From an uncultured delta proteobacterium (lineage in GTDB: Bacteria > Desulfobacterota > Syntrophia > Syntrophales > Smithellaceae), in contig CAVWEH010000005.1 of assembly GCA_963753975.1 (NCBI GenBank), positions 128,001 through 192,000 on the forward strand: 64,000 nucleotides of DNA. The letters are read 5' to 3'. Positions within the stretch are counted from its first letter, which is position 1. Each line of letters opens with the position of its first letter. The position numbers and the translations under genes are program-made. This document shows positions 10,492 to 21,806 of the stretch, piece after piece. The notes beneath the pieces are model-generated. The model had not been told where the DNA came from, did no database searches, and saw only the letters and a list, made by a program, of their open reading frames with translations.

Positions 10492-11613
10492 ATGAAAAAA
10501 TTAACTGAACTGAAAAAGGTCATCTCCGATCCTTACGCCTACGTACGCAAATACAAAAAGAAAAGCGGTAAAAAGGTTGTCGGCTATTGTTGTTCCTACG
10601 CACCGGAAGAATTGATCTGGGCCGCGGGAGCTCTGCCCGTAAGAATGTTCGGCACCAATGAAAACATTCATCTTGCCGATACGCACCTGCAATCGTATTG
10701 CTGTTCGCTGGTACGGGGCGTTCTGGAAGAGGCTCTTAGCGACAAATTGGATTTTCTCGATGGAATTGTTTTTCCGCATACCTGCGATTCCTTCCAGCGG
10801 CTCTCCGATATCTGGCGGCTGAACATCACCCAACAGTTTCATCTGGATGTAGTTCTGCCGGTAAAACTCGATACGCCCAGCGCGAAAAGATATTTTGCCG
10901 ATATTTTGGAAAAATTCCGCAAAGACCTGGGCGCGGCTCTGGGGAAAGAAATTACCGACAGGATGCTGGCCAGATCCATTAAAACCTACAACAAAATCCG
11001 CGCGCTGGTCAGAACGCTTTATGAATTAAGAAGCAAGAACCCGCAAATTATCAGCGGCTCTGATTTCCATGCCATTATCAAGGCTGCCATGATTGTCGAT
11101 CGGGATTATTTTCTGAAGGCGCTTTCTGAAATTGTCGGGCAATTGAAAAAAGCAAAACCCACCAAGACTGCCTTCGCTGCGAAGCGCTTGGTGCTTTCCG
11201 GCAGTGTGTGCACTCATCCGGATATTTACGATATCATCGAAGAAGCGGGCGGAGTTGTTGTCGCCGATGATCTGTGCACCGGCTACAGATACTTTGAGGG
11301 AACGATGAACGAGAAAATCTCGCCTCTTAAAGCAATTACCAGGAGATATCTGGAACGGCTCATCTGCCCCGCCAAGCACCAACAGCTTAAGGAACGCGGC
11401 GAAAATCTCGTCCGCCTGGTCAAAGAAAATAAGGCGGACGGCGTAGTATTTTTATTGCTGAAATTCTGCGATCCGCACGCCTTCGATTATCCCTATATGA
11501 AGGAAATGCTGACGACAAAGGGAATTCCCTCCATGCAGTTGGATATGGAAGCGGAACTTCCTGCAATCGGGCAGTTGCAAACACGTTTCGAAACATTTAT
11601 CCAGATACTTTAA
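10492..11613 (+). CDS. 2-hydroxyacyl-CoA dehydratase / BCR-family subunit (HgdB/FldC-like)
   Basis: YAPEELIWAAG, PHTCD, DDLCTG and LKFCDPHAFDYP motifs. Confidence 0.85.
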   Translation: MKKLTELKKVISDPYAYVRKYKKKSGKKVVGYCCSYAPEELIWAAGALPVRMFGTNENIHLADTHLQSYCCSLVRGVLEEALSDKLDFLDGIVFPHTCDSFQRLSDIWRLNITQQFHLDVVLPVKLDTPSAKRYFADILEKFRKDLGAALGKEITDRMLARSIKTYNKIRALVRTLYELRSKNPQIISGSDFHAIIKAAMIVDRDYFLKALSEIVGQLKKAKPTKTAFAAKRLVLSGSVCTHPDIYDIIEEAGGVVVADDLCTGYRYFEGTMNEKISPLKAITRRYLERLICPAKHQQLKERGENLVRLVKENKADGVVFLLLKFCDPHAFDYPYMKEMLTTKGIPSMQLDMEAELPAIGQLQTRFETFIQIL

Positions 11614-11647
11614 GCTGAAAAAAGTAAAATTACGTAAGGAAAAGAAA

Positions 11648-12941
11648 ATGAAAAAAGCTATATCTGAATTCTTTAAAATGGCTCTGATCTTACTGATAGG
11701 CAAAATAAAAAAGTTCGGCATGCGCTATAAGAAAACCAAGACGATGAAAGACTATATGATGGTCTATTACAGCGAGGCCAAATCGGCGCGCCTGACCGGT
11801 AAGAAAGTAGCCTGGATAACGAGCGGCGGACCCGTTGAGCCGCTGGTTGCTATGGATGTAATCCCGATTTATCCGGAGAACCATGGCGCCATGATCGGCG
11901 CCAGCAAAATGGGCGGCGGACTCTGCGAGCTGGCTGAAGGCATGGGATATTCGCAGGATCTGTGTTCTTATGCCCGTTCCGATATCGCCTGTGCCACGGC
12001 GGTCAACGGCGGGCCGATAGGCGGCCTTCCCCGGCCCGATATGCTTGTCTGCTGTAACAACATTTGCGGCACGGTGCTCAAATGGTACGAAGTCCAGGCG
12101 CGGTATTTCAATGTGCCACTTTTCTTTCTCGATACTCCTTTCTGCCATACCGAATATACGAAAGAAGCCGCTAAGTACGTCCGCGCTCAGATTGATGAAT
12201 ACATTGTTTTTCTGGAAGATGTCTGCAAGAAAAAATTCGATTTCGAGCGCCTTAAAGAAGTCGGGCGTCTCTCCCATCAAGGACAACTTTTGTGGCAGGC
12301 TGTCCTCGATACCGCCATGCACAAGCCCTCTCCCATGAGTGCGTTTGACGCCTTCTATCACCTCGCCTTGATCGTGACCCTGCGCGGCACCCAGGATGTA
12401 ATCGATTATTATACCTGGCTTGTCGCCTACATGAAAGACCGCATCGCCCGCGGGATCGGTGCGGTGCCCAATGAAAAATACCGCTCTGCTCTGGGACAAT
12501 ATTCCCATCTGGCATCGTACGAGATGGCTTTCCGAAAAATTTGCTTCCCACAATGCCTGCCTTGTTGCCGACACATACACCACGGCGTGGTGCGGGGCGC
12601 TGAAATATATCGATGAAAACAAGTTCCTTGATTCTATAGCCGAAGCACAGACGCGGATCTATTTGAATATCGGTATCGATGAAATGGCCAAAATGGTTCT
12701 CGAGATGATAGATAAATACGATGTGGACGGTTTTGTCCTGCACTCGAACCGGAGCTGCAAGCCGTATTCATTCGGACAGCTCGATATCCAAAGCATCGTC
12801 GAAAAAGAAAGAGGACTGCCTTGCCTGATGATCGAATCGGATATGACGGATGAGCGAAGCTTTTCCGAAAGCCAGATTTCAACCAGAATCGACGCCTTCA
12901 TGGAAATCATCAAAGAGAGGAAAAGCTCAAGCAAGTTATGA
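11648..12941 (+). CDS. 2-hydroxyacyl-CoA dehydratase / BCR-family subunit (HgdA/FldB-like), frameshifted near 12486
   Basis: YPENH, DLCSYAR and CNNIC; removing one base gives KYRLLWDNIP, which continues to HSNRSCKPYS and RIDAFME. Confidence 0.82.
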
Positions 12942-13954
12942 AAATTGTACATAATAGAATGTTTTTCGTACTATTGCTTACATTAACTTTTTTAACTACT
13001 CCCGCCGAGAGTGAAGGATTGAAGAATGACAAATCGAATATTCCGATAGATAACAGAGGCATCGCGATTGAAGAACAGTTTTTAGGACCTTTCAAATTAG
13101 GCGAACCAAAAGCAGAAACAATAAAAAAGTTGGGAGCAGTTGGGTTAGCAGATTCTGACAGAATGCTTTTTAAAGATAATTGGACAGCTTGGATAGATCA
13201 AAAGAAAATGACTTTAAAAGGCATCGCCTATAGTGAATCCTCCGGAACTAAGAATGAACATGTTTATCCAAAAACGTCCAATTCAATTACCATCGGCAGC
13301 AAATTAGTCGAGGTGGAGAAGGCATATGGTAATCCCGACTCAACTCTTGCTGGAAAATCGCCATTTGTCTTAAGGAATAGTGATTTATCTTTGATATATG
13401 TGTATTCAACAAAGGGATTATGGATAATTTTCTTCAATAGCAAGCCTTACAGTGGCACATATGATTGGAGGGTCACTGATATTGCTATAGGGAATAAAGA
13501 TATAATAGAGAATATGATCTACGGGTCACAGGCTTATGCTACAAAGCCAATAACACCAAGTAAGAAAAGACATATTATTAGCACCTATGAAAAAAAATAT
13601 GGGAAAGAAAAAGAATTAGAAATCTTTGATGATTACATGTACGCACTTCAGGTGGCAATTTTTGATTATATAAAATCAACTGGTGAATATGTTGTTACTC
13701 CATTAATGATATTACCGAAAGATGAAGTAATTTTGAAAGAGTTTAACAGCAAGCTAGCTGATGATGGTCCATTGTCAAAGAAATTAGAAAGTCAATCAAA
13801 AAAAGTTGCTATTTTAAAACATAATATCTCATTGGACCAGCTAGAACAAATAGTTAAAAGAGTCGAAAAGATCAAGGATGAACTCTCCCACGAGGAATTT
13901 GCAGATTACAACGCCATTTTGTTGAGACAGCTGGAACAAAAAAAGAAGCCCTGA
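12938..13954 (+). CDS. Hypothetical exported protein, AT-rich
   Basis: 338-aa ORF with a signal-peptide-like N-terminus; ATGA overlap with the upstream stop. Confidence 0.7.
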   Translation: MKIVHNRMFFVLLLTLTFLTTPAESEGLKNDKSNIPIDNRGIAIEEQFLGPFKLGEPKAETIKKLGAVGLADSDRMLFKDNWTAWIDQKKMTLKGIAYSESSGTKNEHVYPKTSNSITIGSKLVEVEKAYGNPDSTLAGKSPFVLRNSDLSLIYVYSTKGLWIIFFNSKPYSGTYDWRVTDIAIGNKDIIENMIYGSQAYATKPITPSKKRHIISTYEKKYGKEKELEIFDDYMYALQVAIFDYIKSTGEYVVTPLMILPKDEVILKEFNSKLADDGPLSKKLESQSKKVAILKHNISLDQLEQIVKRVEKIKDELSHEEFADYNAILLRQLEQKKKP

Positions 13955-14042
13955 TTATGGAAAACTACGTACCAGTTCTATTTATTTGGGAAAAAAGAAC
14001 GTTCCACATTACGAGGTCAAGATTATAGATAAGAACAAAAAC

Positions 14043-14810
14043 ATGCGCACAGCAGGCATAGATATAGGCTCTATCACCGCGAAGGCCGCGATTGTCGAAG
14101 ACGGCAAACTCATTGGCTCGAAGGTTATATTCACCGGATATAACGCGGAAGCCGCGGGTTTGAAGGTTTTCGAGGAAATTCTCAGTGAATACGGGCTCAA
14201 TAAATCGTCCGTGGAAAAAATTGTTTCCACCGGCTACGGCAGAAACAGCGTAAAATTTGCCGATAAATCTTTCACGGAAATCATGTGCCATGCTGCCGGC
14301 GCCCATTACCTGGATCCGCACGTTCGCTCGATCATCGATATCGGCGGACAGGATAGTAAAGCCATTCTTCTGGACGAGCACGGCAAAGTTAAAAACTTTG
14401 TCATGAACGATAAATGCGCCGCGGGGACAGGGCGTTTTTTGGAAGTCATGGCCAGGGCGTTGGAAGTCGACCTCGATGATTTCGGAGCGATATCGATAAA
14501 ATCACGACAGCCATCCAAAATAAGTTCTCTTTGCACAGTGTTTGCGGAATCGGAAGTGGTATCGCTTATTGCCCGGGGAGAAAAACGGCAGGACATCATT
14601 GCCGGCATTCACGAATCCATTGCGGCCAGAATTTCATCGATGATCGCCCGCATCGGGGTGAAAGAGCCGGTGATGGTAACGGGAGGCGTGGCGCGCAATA
14701 TCGGAGTCGTCAAAGCGCTCGAGAAAAAACTGGGTGTGAAAATCGAAGTCTCGTCTTATGCCCAGGTCAACGGGGCGATAGGCGCGGCATTTTTAGCTGC
14801 TTCATTATAA
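14043..14810 (+). CDS. Acyl-CoA dehydratase activase (HgdC/FldI-like ATPase, [4Fe-4S])
   Basis: GIDIGS, STGYGR, IIDIGGQDSK, MNDKCAAGTGRFLE and CTVFAESE motifs. Confidence 0.92.
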   Translation: MRTAGIDIGSITAKAAIVEDGKLIGSKVIFTGYNAEAAGLKVFEEILSEYGLNKSSVEKIVSTGYGRNSVKFADKSFTEIMCHAAGAHYLDPHVRSIIDIGGQDSKAILLDEHGKVKNFVMNDKCAAGTGRFLEVMARALEVDLDDFGAISIKSRQPSKISSLCTVFAESEVVSLIARGEKRQDIIAGIHESIAARISSMIARIGVKEPVMVTGGVARNIGVVKALEKKLGVKIEVSSYAQVNGAIGAAFLAASL

Positions 14811-14851
14811 TTAAATCTAATATGGGCAAAGAAACTTCTACCAAGGCAAAT

Positions 14852-16273
14852 ATGAACGATATCCGCCGGACGAAAATAGTCTGCACGCTGGGACCGGCTA
14901 GCGACACGCCGGCTATAATTGAAAAGATGATCAGAGCAGGAATGAATGTTGCGCGTCTTAATTTTTCCCATGGGAGCCATGAAGATCACGGCAAGAAAAT
15001 CAAGATTATTCGGAAGCTTGCGGAAAAATTAAATCATCCCGTCGCTATTCTTCAGGACCTGGCCGGCCCGAAAATCCGCATTGGCCGTATTCCTGATCCG
15101 GGCATTGTGTTACAACCCGGCGCCGCTATTATTTTGACAACTGTTCAGCTGGAAGGAAATAAGGAGCGTGTCTCCGTATCTTATGACTCATTGCCTGACG
15201 AAGTGCGCCCTCAAGACCGCCTCCTTCTGGCCGACGGCCTTCTGGAACTGACTGTTGTGAAAACAAGTCCTACGGAAATTATTTGCCGTGTGGTCACCGG
15301 CGGTTTGCTCACTTCGCACAAAGGAATCAATCTGCCCACGGGAACAATTCGTACACCCGCCGTCACCGATAAAGACCGCAAGGATTTGCTCTTCGGCATT
15401 GAAAACGATGTGGACTATGTGGCCGTTTCTTTTGTCAGGAGGGCGCAGGATATCCTCGACGTCAAAAAGCTTATCGGTGCAAGTCGCAAAGACATCCCCG
15501 TTGTGGCCAAAATCGAGAAACACGAGGCTGTGGACAATCTGGACGAAATCATCGCGGCATCCGACGGCGTTATGGTGGCGCGCGGTGACCTGGGCGTAGA
15601 AATTCCCCTGGAGGACGTTCCCCTGATTCAGAAAAGAATTATCAGAGAAGCCAACGCCGTGGGCAAATTTGTGATAACGGCAACACAGATGCTCCGGTCG
15701 ATGGTGGATGCACCGCGGCCCACCAGAGCGGAAGCGGCCGACGTGGCCAATGCAGTTCTCGACGGAACGGACGCCGTAATGCTCTCTGAGGAAACCGCTT
15801 CGGGCAATTATCCCACCGAGGCTATTCGGTTTATGGATAGAATATGCCGCACCGCGGAAACCGGGTTCCCTTATCGCCATTTTTTGGAAATGGTGCCCAA
15901 AAAAGACGTATCCGAATCCGTGGCTCACGCCGCCTGCGTTCTGGCCGAACACCTCGATGCGAAGGTTATTGTTTCCCGCACTTATTCGGGAGCGACGGCG
16001 CGTTTTATTTCGCGTTTTCGCCCTAAACAGCCGATTGTCGCCCTATCGCCGGAAGCAAAAACCGTCCGGCGTTTAGCCATGATTTGGGGCTGTTTTCCCA
16101 GGCTTGCGGAAAATCCCGATGTTCCCGATGAGCTTGTGGAAAATGCCGTCCGCTCCATTTTGCCCCAGGACGCTTTATCCAAGAGCGACCTGATGGTTAT
16201 GACGCTCGGCCATTCCCAGTGGCTTACGGGGTCGACGAATATTGTGCAGGTAAAGCGTTTGATAAATATTTAA
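14852..16273 (+). CDS. pyk: Pyruvate kinase
   Basis: RRTKIVCTLGPAS, RLNFSHG, MVARGDLG and TATQML; alternative start at 14822. Confidence 0.95.
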   Translation: MNDIRRTKIVCTLGPASDTPAIIEKMIRAGMNVARLNFSHGSHEDHGKKIKIIRKLAEKLNHPVAILQDLAGPKIRIGRIPDPGIVLQPGAAIILTTVQLEGNKERVSVSYDSLPDEVRPQDRLLLADGLLELTVVKTSPTEIICRVVTGGLLTSHKGINLPTGTIRTPAVTDKDRKDLLFGIENDVDYVAVSFVRRAQDILDVKKLIGASRKDIPVVAKIEKHEAVDNLDEIIAASDGVMVARGDLGVEIPLEDVPLIQKRIIREANAVGKFVITATQMLRSMVDAPRPTRAEAADVANAVLDGTDAVMLSEETASGNYPTEAIRFMDRICRTAETGFPYRHFLEMVPKKDVSESVAHAACVLAEHLDAKVIVSRTYSGATARFISRFRPKQPIVALSPEAKTVRRLAMIWGCFPRLAENPDVPDELVENAVRSILPQDALSKSDLMVMTLGHSQWLTGSTNIVQVKRLINI

Positions 16274-16336
16274 TTCACAGACCGAAAAATAGATAAAGAA
16301 TATTCCGTAATCGGTTGACATGAATCCATCTTGTGA

Positions 16337-17363
<1,027 letters not shown>

Positions 17364-17381
17364 AAAAGGCAGCTAAAAAGT

Positions 17382-18566
17382 ATGAAGTACATAGATCAGA
17401 TAGATATGAAGGGCAAAAGGGTGTTTTTGCGGGTAGATTTTAATGTTCCCATGGACAAGTCCGGCAACGTCACGGACGACACCCGTGTGCGGGCGCATTT
17501 GCCGACAATAAAATACGCTCTGGAAAAAGGAGCGAAATTAATTCTCGCCTCCCATCTGGGGAGACCCAAAGGAAAAAGGGTTGAGGAAATGTCTTTACAG
17601 CCGGTCGTAAAGATACTTTCCTCTCTCCTGAAAAAAGACGTAGTTTTTGTCGATGATTGTATCGGCGAAAAAGTGGAACAGGCCGTAGGCAAAATGAAAG
17701 AAGGCGATATTATCCTACTGGAGAATCTCCGCTTTCAGCCGGGAGAAGATAAAAACGACCCGGAATTCGCTAAAAAACTCGCCTCTCTTTGCGATATATA
17801 TATTGATGACGCTTTTGCTGTTTCGCACCGGGCGGCGGCGTCCAATTCGGCCATCACCGGATTTATGAAAACATGCGCCGCTGGATTTCTCTTGAAAAAT
17901 GAAATCGAATACTTCCGCAAAGCCATGGTTAATCCGGCCAGGCCTCTGGTTGCCATCATCGGCGGCTCGAAGGTCTCCGATAAAATAGGCGTACTGGAAA
18001 AAATAACGGAAAAGGTGGATAAACTGCTTATCGGCGGCGGCATGGCCTTTACTTTCTTAAATGCGCAGGGTTTCGGCATCGGCAAATCTTTGTGCGAGGA
18101 CGATATGCTGGAGCTCGCGCGCAAAATTATGCAAAAAGCCAAAGAGAAAAATGTGCAGTTCCTATTGCCTGTAGATGCCGTGATTGCCCAGAGCGCCTCC
18201 GCGGATGCCGAGGTAAAAATTTGCGGCATAAAAGAAATTCCGGCAGATTGGATGGGGCTCGATATCGGCCCCGCCACGATTTCTTTATTTTCCGGCGCTT
18301 TGCAAGGCGTGAAAACCATCGTCTGGAACGGCCCCATGGGCATGTTTGAGTTGGCGCCTTTTAGTAAAGGAACTTTTTCATTGGCCTCTGCCGTGGCGAA
18401 TTCGGGGGCGCTCTCCATTATCGGCGGCGGCGATACGGATACCGCTATCCATCAGGCAGGGCAAAGCGCGAAGATGTCTTATATTTCCACCGGTGGCGGC
18501 GCGTTTCTGGAATTGCTGGAAGGCAAAACTCTGCCGGGAATTGCCGCGCTCGAATCACGGGCATAA
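17382..18566 (+). CDS. pgk: Phosphoglycerate kinase
   Basis: RVDFNVP, SHLGRP, LENLRF, WNGPMG and STGGGA motifs. Confidence 0.97.
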   Translation: MKYIDQIDMKGKRVFLRVDFNVPMDKSGNVTDDTRVRAHLPTIKYALEKGAKLILASHLGRPKGKRVEEMSLQPVVKILSSLLKKDVVFVDDCIGEKVEQAVGKMKEGDIILLENLRFQPGEDKNDPEFAKKLASLCDIYIDDAFAVSHRAAASNSAITGFMKTCAAGFLLKNEIEYFRKAMVNPARPLVAIIGGSKVSDKIGVLEKITEKVDKLLIGGGMAFTFLNAQGFGIGKSLCEDDMLELARKIMQKAKEKNVQFLLPVDAVIAQSASADAEVKICGIKEIPADWMGLDIGPATISLFSGALQGVKTIVWNGPMGMFELAPFSKGTFSLASAVANSGALSIIGGGDTDTAIHQAGQSAKMSYISTGGGAFLELLEGKTLPGIAALESRA

Positions 18567-18578
18567 AGGAGAAAATAA

Positions 18579-19334
18579 ATGAGAGAATGGATTGTAGCCG
18601 GAAACTGGAAGATGAACAACACCATGCAGGAATCAGTGGCGCTCGCGAAGGCCATTGTCGATGGCGTTAAAACCATAAAAAAAGGCGAAGTTGTTTTGGC
18701 TCCGCCTTTTACGGCTTTGTCCCGTGTCTCGGAAATTATCAAAGGCTCACACGTGACGCTTGCGGCACAAAATATGTTTTATGAAGACAAAGGCGCATAC
18801 ACGGGCGAAATAGCACCGGGAATGCTCAAGGACATCGGCTGCACCTACGTAATTATCGGCCATTCGGAACGGCGTAAATATTTTCACGAACAAGACAAAG
18901 ACGTGAATTTAAAAGTCAAGAAGGCATTGGCTGCGGGTTTGAAGCCCATCATGTGCGTCGGAGAAACTGACGAGGAAAGGGTAAAAGGAATTACCCAATC
19001 GGTGGTCGGCAGGCAAGTAAAACAGGGACTCAGCGGCGTGGAAAAAATAGACAATATTGTCATCGCTTACGAGCCTGTATGGGCAATTGGAACGGGAAAA
19101 GTTGCCACATCCGCGCAGGCACAGGAAGTGCACCAATTCATCCGCGGCATCTTAAAAGATTTGTATGGCAACGCAGCTAACGACATCCGCATCCTTTATG
19201 GCGGCAGTGTGACCAAAGACAATATCGGCGAATTAATTGCTATGGAAGATATCGACGGCGCGCTCGTCGGGGGAGCATCGCTAAAGCCGGACGGATTTCT
19301 GGGTATAATTCAAAAAATTTCCGGGAAGAAATAA
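18579..19334 (+). CDS. tpiA: Triosephosphate isomerase
   Basis: AGNWKM, GHSERR, AYEPVWAIGTG and LVGGASL motifs. Confidence 0.97.
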   Translation: MREWIVAGNWKMNNTMQESVALAKAIVDGVKTIKKGEVVLAPPFTALSRVSEIIKGSHVTLAAQNMFYEDKGAYTGEIAPGMLKDIGCTYVIIGHSERRKYFHEQDKDVNLKVKKALAAGLKPIMCVGETDEERVKGITQSVVGRQVKQGLSGVEKIDNIVIAYEPVWAIGTGKVATSAQAQEVHQFIRGILKDLYGNAANDIRILYGGSVTKDNIGELIAMEDIDGALVGGASLKPDGFLGIIQKISGKK

Positions 19335-19675
19335 TTTGTACCACTTCGCTTTTAAAGGATAACGCGACAAAATTGGAGTTTAGCGGATGCCATGTCGGAA
19401 AAAAGTTTGTCGTGATCGGAATGGTTATAGGCTCCATCGCAGGAGGGTATGCGCCGACACTATTCGGTACTGACTACCATTGCCGCTTCATTAATAGGAA
19501 GTGTCATTGGTGGATTACTTGGCATATGGGGAGCCTACGAACTCTATGGATAAATAGACGTTTCTTCAAGGCGATACGCCTAATGATATTCGCCGCTACG
19601 CGCTCGCTTACCCGAAAGCTCGCTACAGGGAATGCTCGCTGCCGAATTCAAAAAATTGCCGGGAAGAAATAATTT
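19307..19675 (+). repeat. 31-bp direct repeat (1 mismatch) duplicating the tpiA 3' end
   Basis: aattcaaaaaatt[t/g]ccgggaagaaataattt at 19307-19337 and 19645-19675. Confidence 0.85.
19392..19553 (+). pseudogene. Small two-TM Gly-zipper membrane protein, frame-disrupted
   Basis: Pieces in different frames read KKFVVIGMVIGSIAGGYAPTLFG and SLIGSVIGGLLGIWGAYELYG*. Confidence 0.45.
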
Positions 19676-19771
19676 CAGCAATTCTTTTTTGTCGCAGGAC
19701 TAATTTATCTTGATAGCAGGTATAAAGATAAGCTGCGATCTTAGTCCCCGAAGTTGCGAAGGAAGCTCTGT

Positions 19772-20206
19772 ATGGCAGAAAAATCCAGTTGTGTTTTTTG
19801 CGACATTATCGCGGGCAAGGCTAAAGCCTACAAAATTTATGAAGATGAACTATCCGTGTGCATTCTGGATATTCATCCCTATACAAAAGGACATTGCCTG
19901 GTCCTCGCCAAAAGACACGTACCCTGGTGGCATGAATTGACCGATGAAGAAAATACGAGCCTCTTCAAGGTTGCCAAAATCGTTGCTAAGAAAATGATGG
20001 AGGCCTTTAAACCGGACTTTGTCTTTCTTTACGCCCGCGGCCGAAGAATTCCCCATACTCATCTTTTCCTCATACCCACTTACCACGGTGATGTTTTGGA
20101 CCGGTTTTTTAATGCTTTGGAAAATTTTCAGGAAGCGCCGCAAATGCTGACAAAATTAAAAGATCCGGTAGAAATGGAAGAAGCAGCGCTGCTTCTAAAA
20201 TTTTAA
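19772..20206 (+). CDS. HIT family protein
   Basis: CVFCDII, LDIHPYTKGHCLV and a variant HIT motif PHTHLFLIP. Confidence 0.85.
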   Translation: MAEKSSCVFCDIIAGKAKAYKIYEDELSVCILDIHPYTKGHCLVLAKRHVPWWHELTDEENTSLFKVAKIVAKKMMEAFKPDFVFLYARGRRIPHTHLFLIPTYHGDVLDRFFNALENFQEAPQMLTKLKDPVEMEEAALLLKF

Positions 20207-20217
20207 GGAATGGTACA

Positions 20218-20913
20218 ATGGATAAGAAAGTGCGCGATACAGCGGAGAAGCTCTTTCGCTCGGAATATGAAAAGCTTACTAAACAAGAAAAGCATGTTGC
20301 TCATCATATTACTAAAAGAACCCCTATTTCGACAAATATTGTTCAAGACCTTTCCGAGCAAATGACTTTGGGCCAAAAGATGGCTGATAGAGTTGCTTCT
20401 TTTGGTGGATCCTGGATATTTATCTTAATATTTGCGCTTGTGCTATTTGTATGGGTTGGCATGAATTCGTTTATTCTGATCAAGCTTGGCAGTTCTTCTT
20501 TTGATCCATATCCGTATATCTTTCTAAATCTTCTTTTATCTATGCTTGCTGCCATCCAGGCCCCGATCATTATGATGTCTCAAAATCGACAGGCTTATAA
20601 GGATAGATTAAGTGCGGAGCACGATTACGAAGTAAACTTGAAGGCGGAACTTGAAATAATGACGCTTCATGAAAAAATTGATTTACTGAGGGAGAATCAA
20701 TGGAGCGAACTTATTTCAATTCAACAGAAGCAGCTCGAGCTTCTGAGCCAATTAGTTGAAGACGTGAAGAAAATAAACGAAAGACCAGTTAGCAGAAACC
20801 GGATGACGGACCCTGCAGAATGTTTCTGGAGCGATGCCGAGAATACAAAGTCAGTCCGCCGCCTGCGAGCTGGACGGGCGAATATGCACATGAAAAGAAA
20901 TGAGAAGAAATAA
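20218..20913 (+). CDS. DUF1003 family membrane protein
   Basis: ADRVASFGGSW and FDPYPYIFLNLLLS..AAIQAPIIMMSQNRQ motifs. Confidence 0.85.
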   Translation: MDKKVRDTAEKLFRSEYEKLTKQEKHVAHHITKRTPISTNIVQDLSEQMTLGQKMADRVASFGGSWIFILIFALVLFVWVGMNSFILIKLGSSSFDPYPYIFLNLLLSMLAAIQAPIIMMSQNRQAYKDRLSAEHDYEVNLKAELEIMTLHEKIDLLRENQWSELISIQQKQLELLSQLVEDVKKINERPVSRNRMTDPAECFWSDAENTKSVRRLRAGRANMHMKRNEKK

Positions 20914-20998
20914 TTGCAGCAGTTCTTATTTGATGTGCGGCTTCAATCCTATAGTAAACATAATCCATGCGGATAAACATCGCCGACAGTACTAAAGA

Positions 20999-21027
20999 TT
21001 GACAGCATTACCATTTGAGGTTATAAA
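20999..21027 (+). promoter_or_regulatory. Putative sigma70 promoter for the AT-rich island
   Basis: TTGACA-17 bp-TATAAA, about 65 bp upstream of ATG 21093. Confidence 0.6.
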
Positions 21028-21092
21028 AAAGCGTGAATTTTAAACTTATTTTAAAAGACATATGATGAATTTTAGAAATCAATATCATTAAA

Positions 21093-21806
21093 ATGCCTAT
21101 TAATAAAATAGTCCTCAATTTAATAAAATATATAACATGTTATGCCACTGATCATGGCATTAAGCTGACAACGATTCAGCTTGTCAAATATGTATATCTA
21201 GCTGATCTTTATTACGCACGGTATCATGACGGTGATACAATCACACACTTCCCTTGGGCGTTTGTTTACTATGGGCCATATTGTTCCGAAGTTATGCAGA
21301 GTATTGATGAAGCTGCATCGGCTGGTATAATTGCACGGATGACATACGAAAGTAAATTCAATGACAAGGATTACAATTTGTTTAGCTGTGAAGATGAACG
21401 ATACGATGAACTAAGAAAATTGTTTCCCCTAGAAGTAACCAGTGAATTAAAAGATAAAATAAAAAAATATGCACATGAAACTGCACAATTGCTGGATTAT
21501 GTATATTTTGAAACGGAACCAATGAAAAATGTTAATAAGGGGGATATGCTTGATTTTTCTAAAGCTCAAAAGCCGCGTTTGGATCTAACGATAACGACAC
21601 CAACTTTATCCATAGAGGACATAAAAAAAATAAAACATCATGTTAGCAACTTAGGTGCAAAATTTAATGCAGCAAAAAAAGAAAGTATAATAAATGAAAG
21701 GCAATTTCATAAATTTAAAGATGATAAATATTTTCAGGCCCTGGAATATTTTGAAGAAGACCCTTTGCCAATAGATATTAAAGGTATAATTAAAATAGAG
21801 ACCTGA
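21093..21806 (+). CDS. Panacea/SocA (DUF4065)-like antitoxin
   Basis: QLVKYVYLADLYY...ITHFPW.FVYYGPY matches the Panacea KL.Y..D / (Y/H)GP pattern. Confidence 0.7.
   Translation: MPINKIVLNLIKYITCYATDHGIKLTTIQLVKYVYLADLYYARYHDGDTITHFPWAFVYYGPYCSEVMQSIDEAASAGIIARMTYESKFNDKDYNLFSCEDERYDELRKLFPLEVTSELKDKIKKYAHETAQLLDYVYFETEPMKNVNKGDMLDFSKAQKPRLDLTITTPTLSIEDIKKIKHHVSNLGAKFNAAKKESIINERQFHKFKDDKYFQALEYFEEDPLPIDIKGIIKIET

Noticed and set aside
14531..14851. N-terminal extensions in the ORF track (pyk 14531, also 30374, 57032, 59921, 61557)
   Set aside because: Most overlap upstream genes, and family motifs or RBS placement support the later ATG starts
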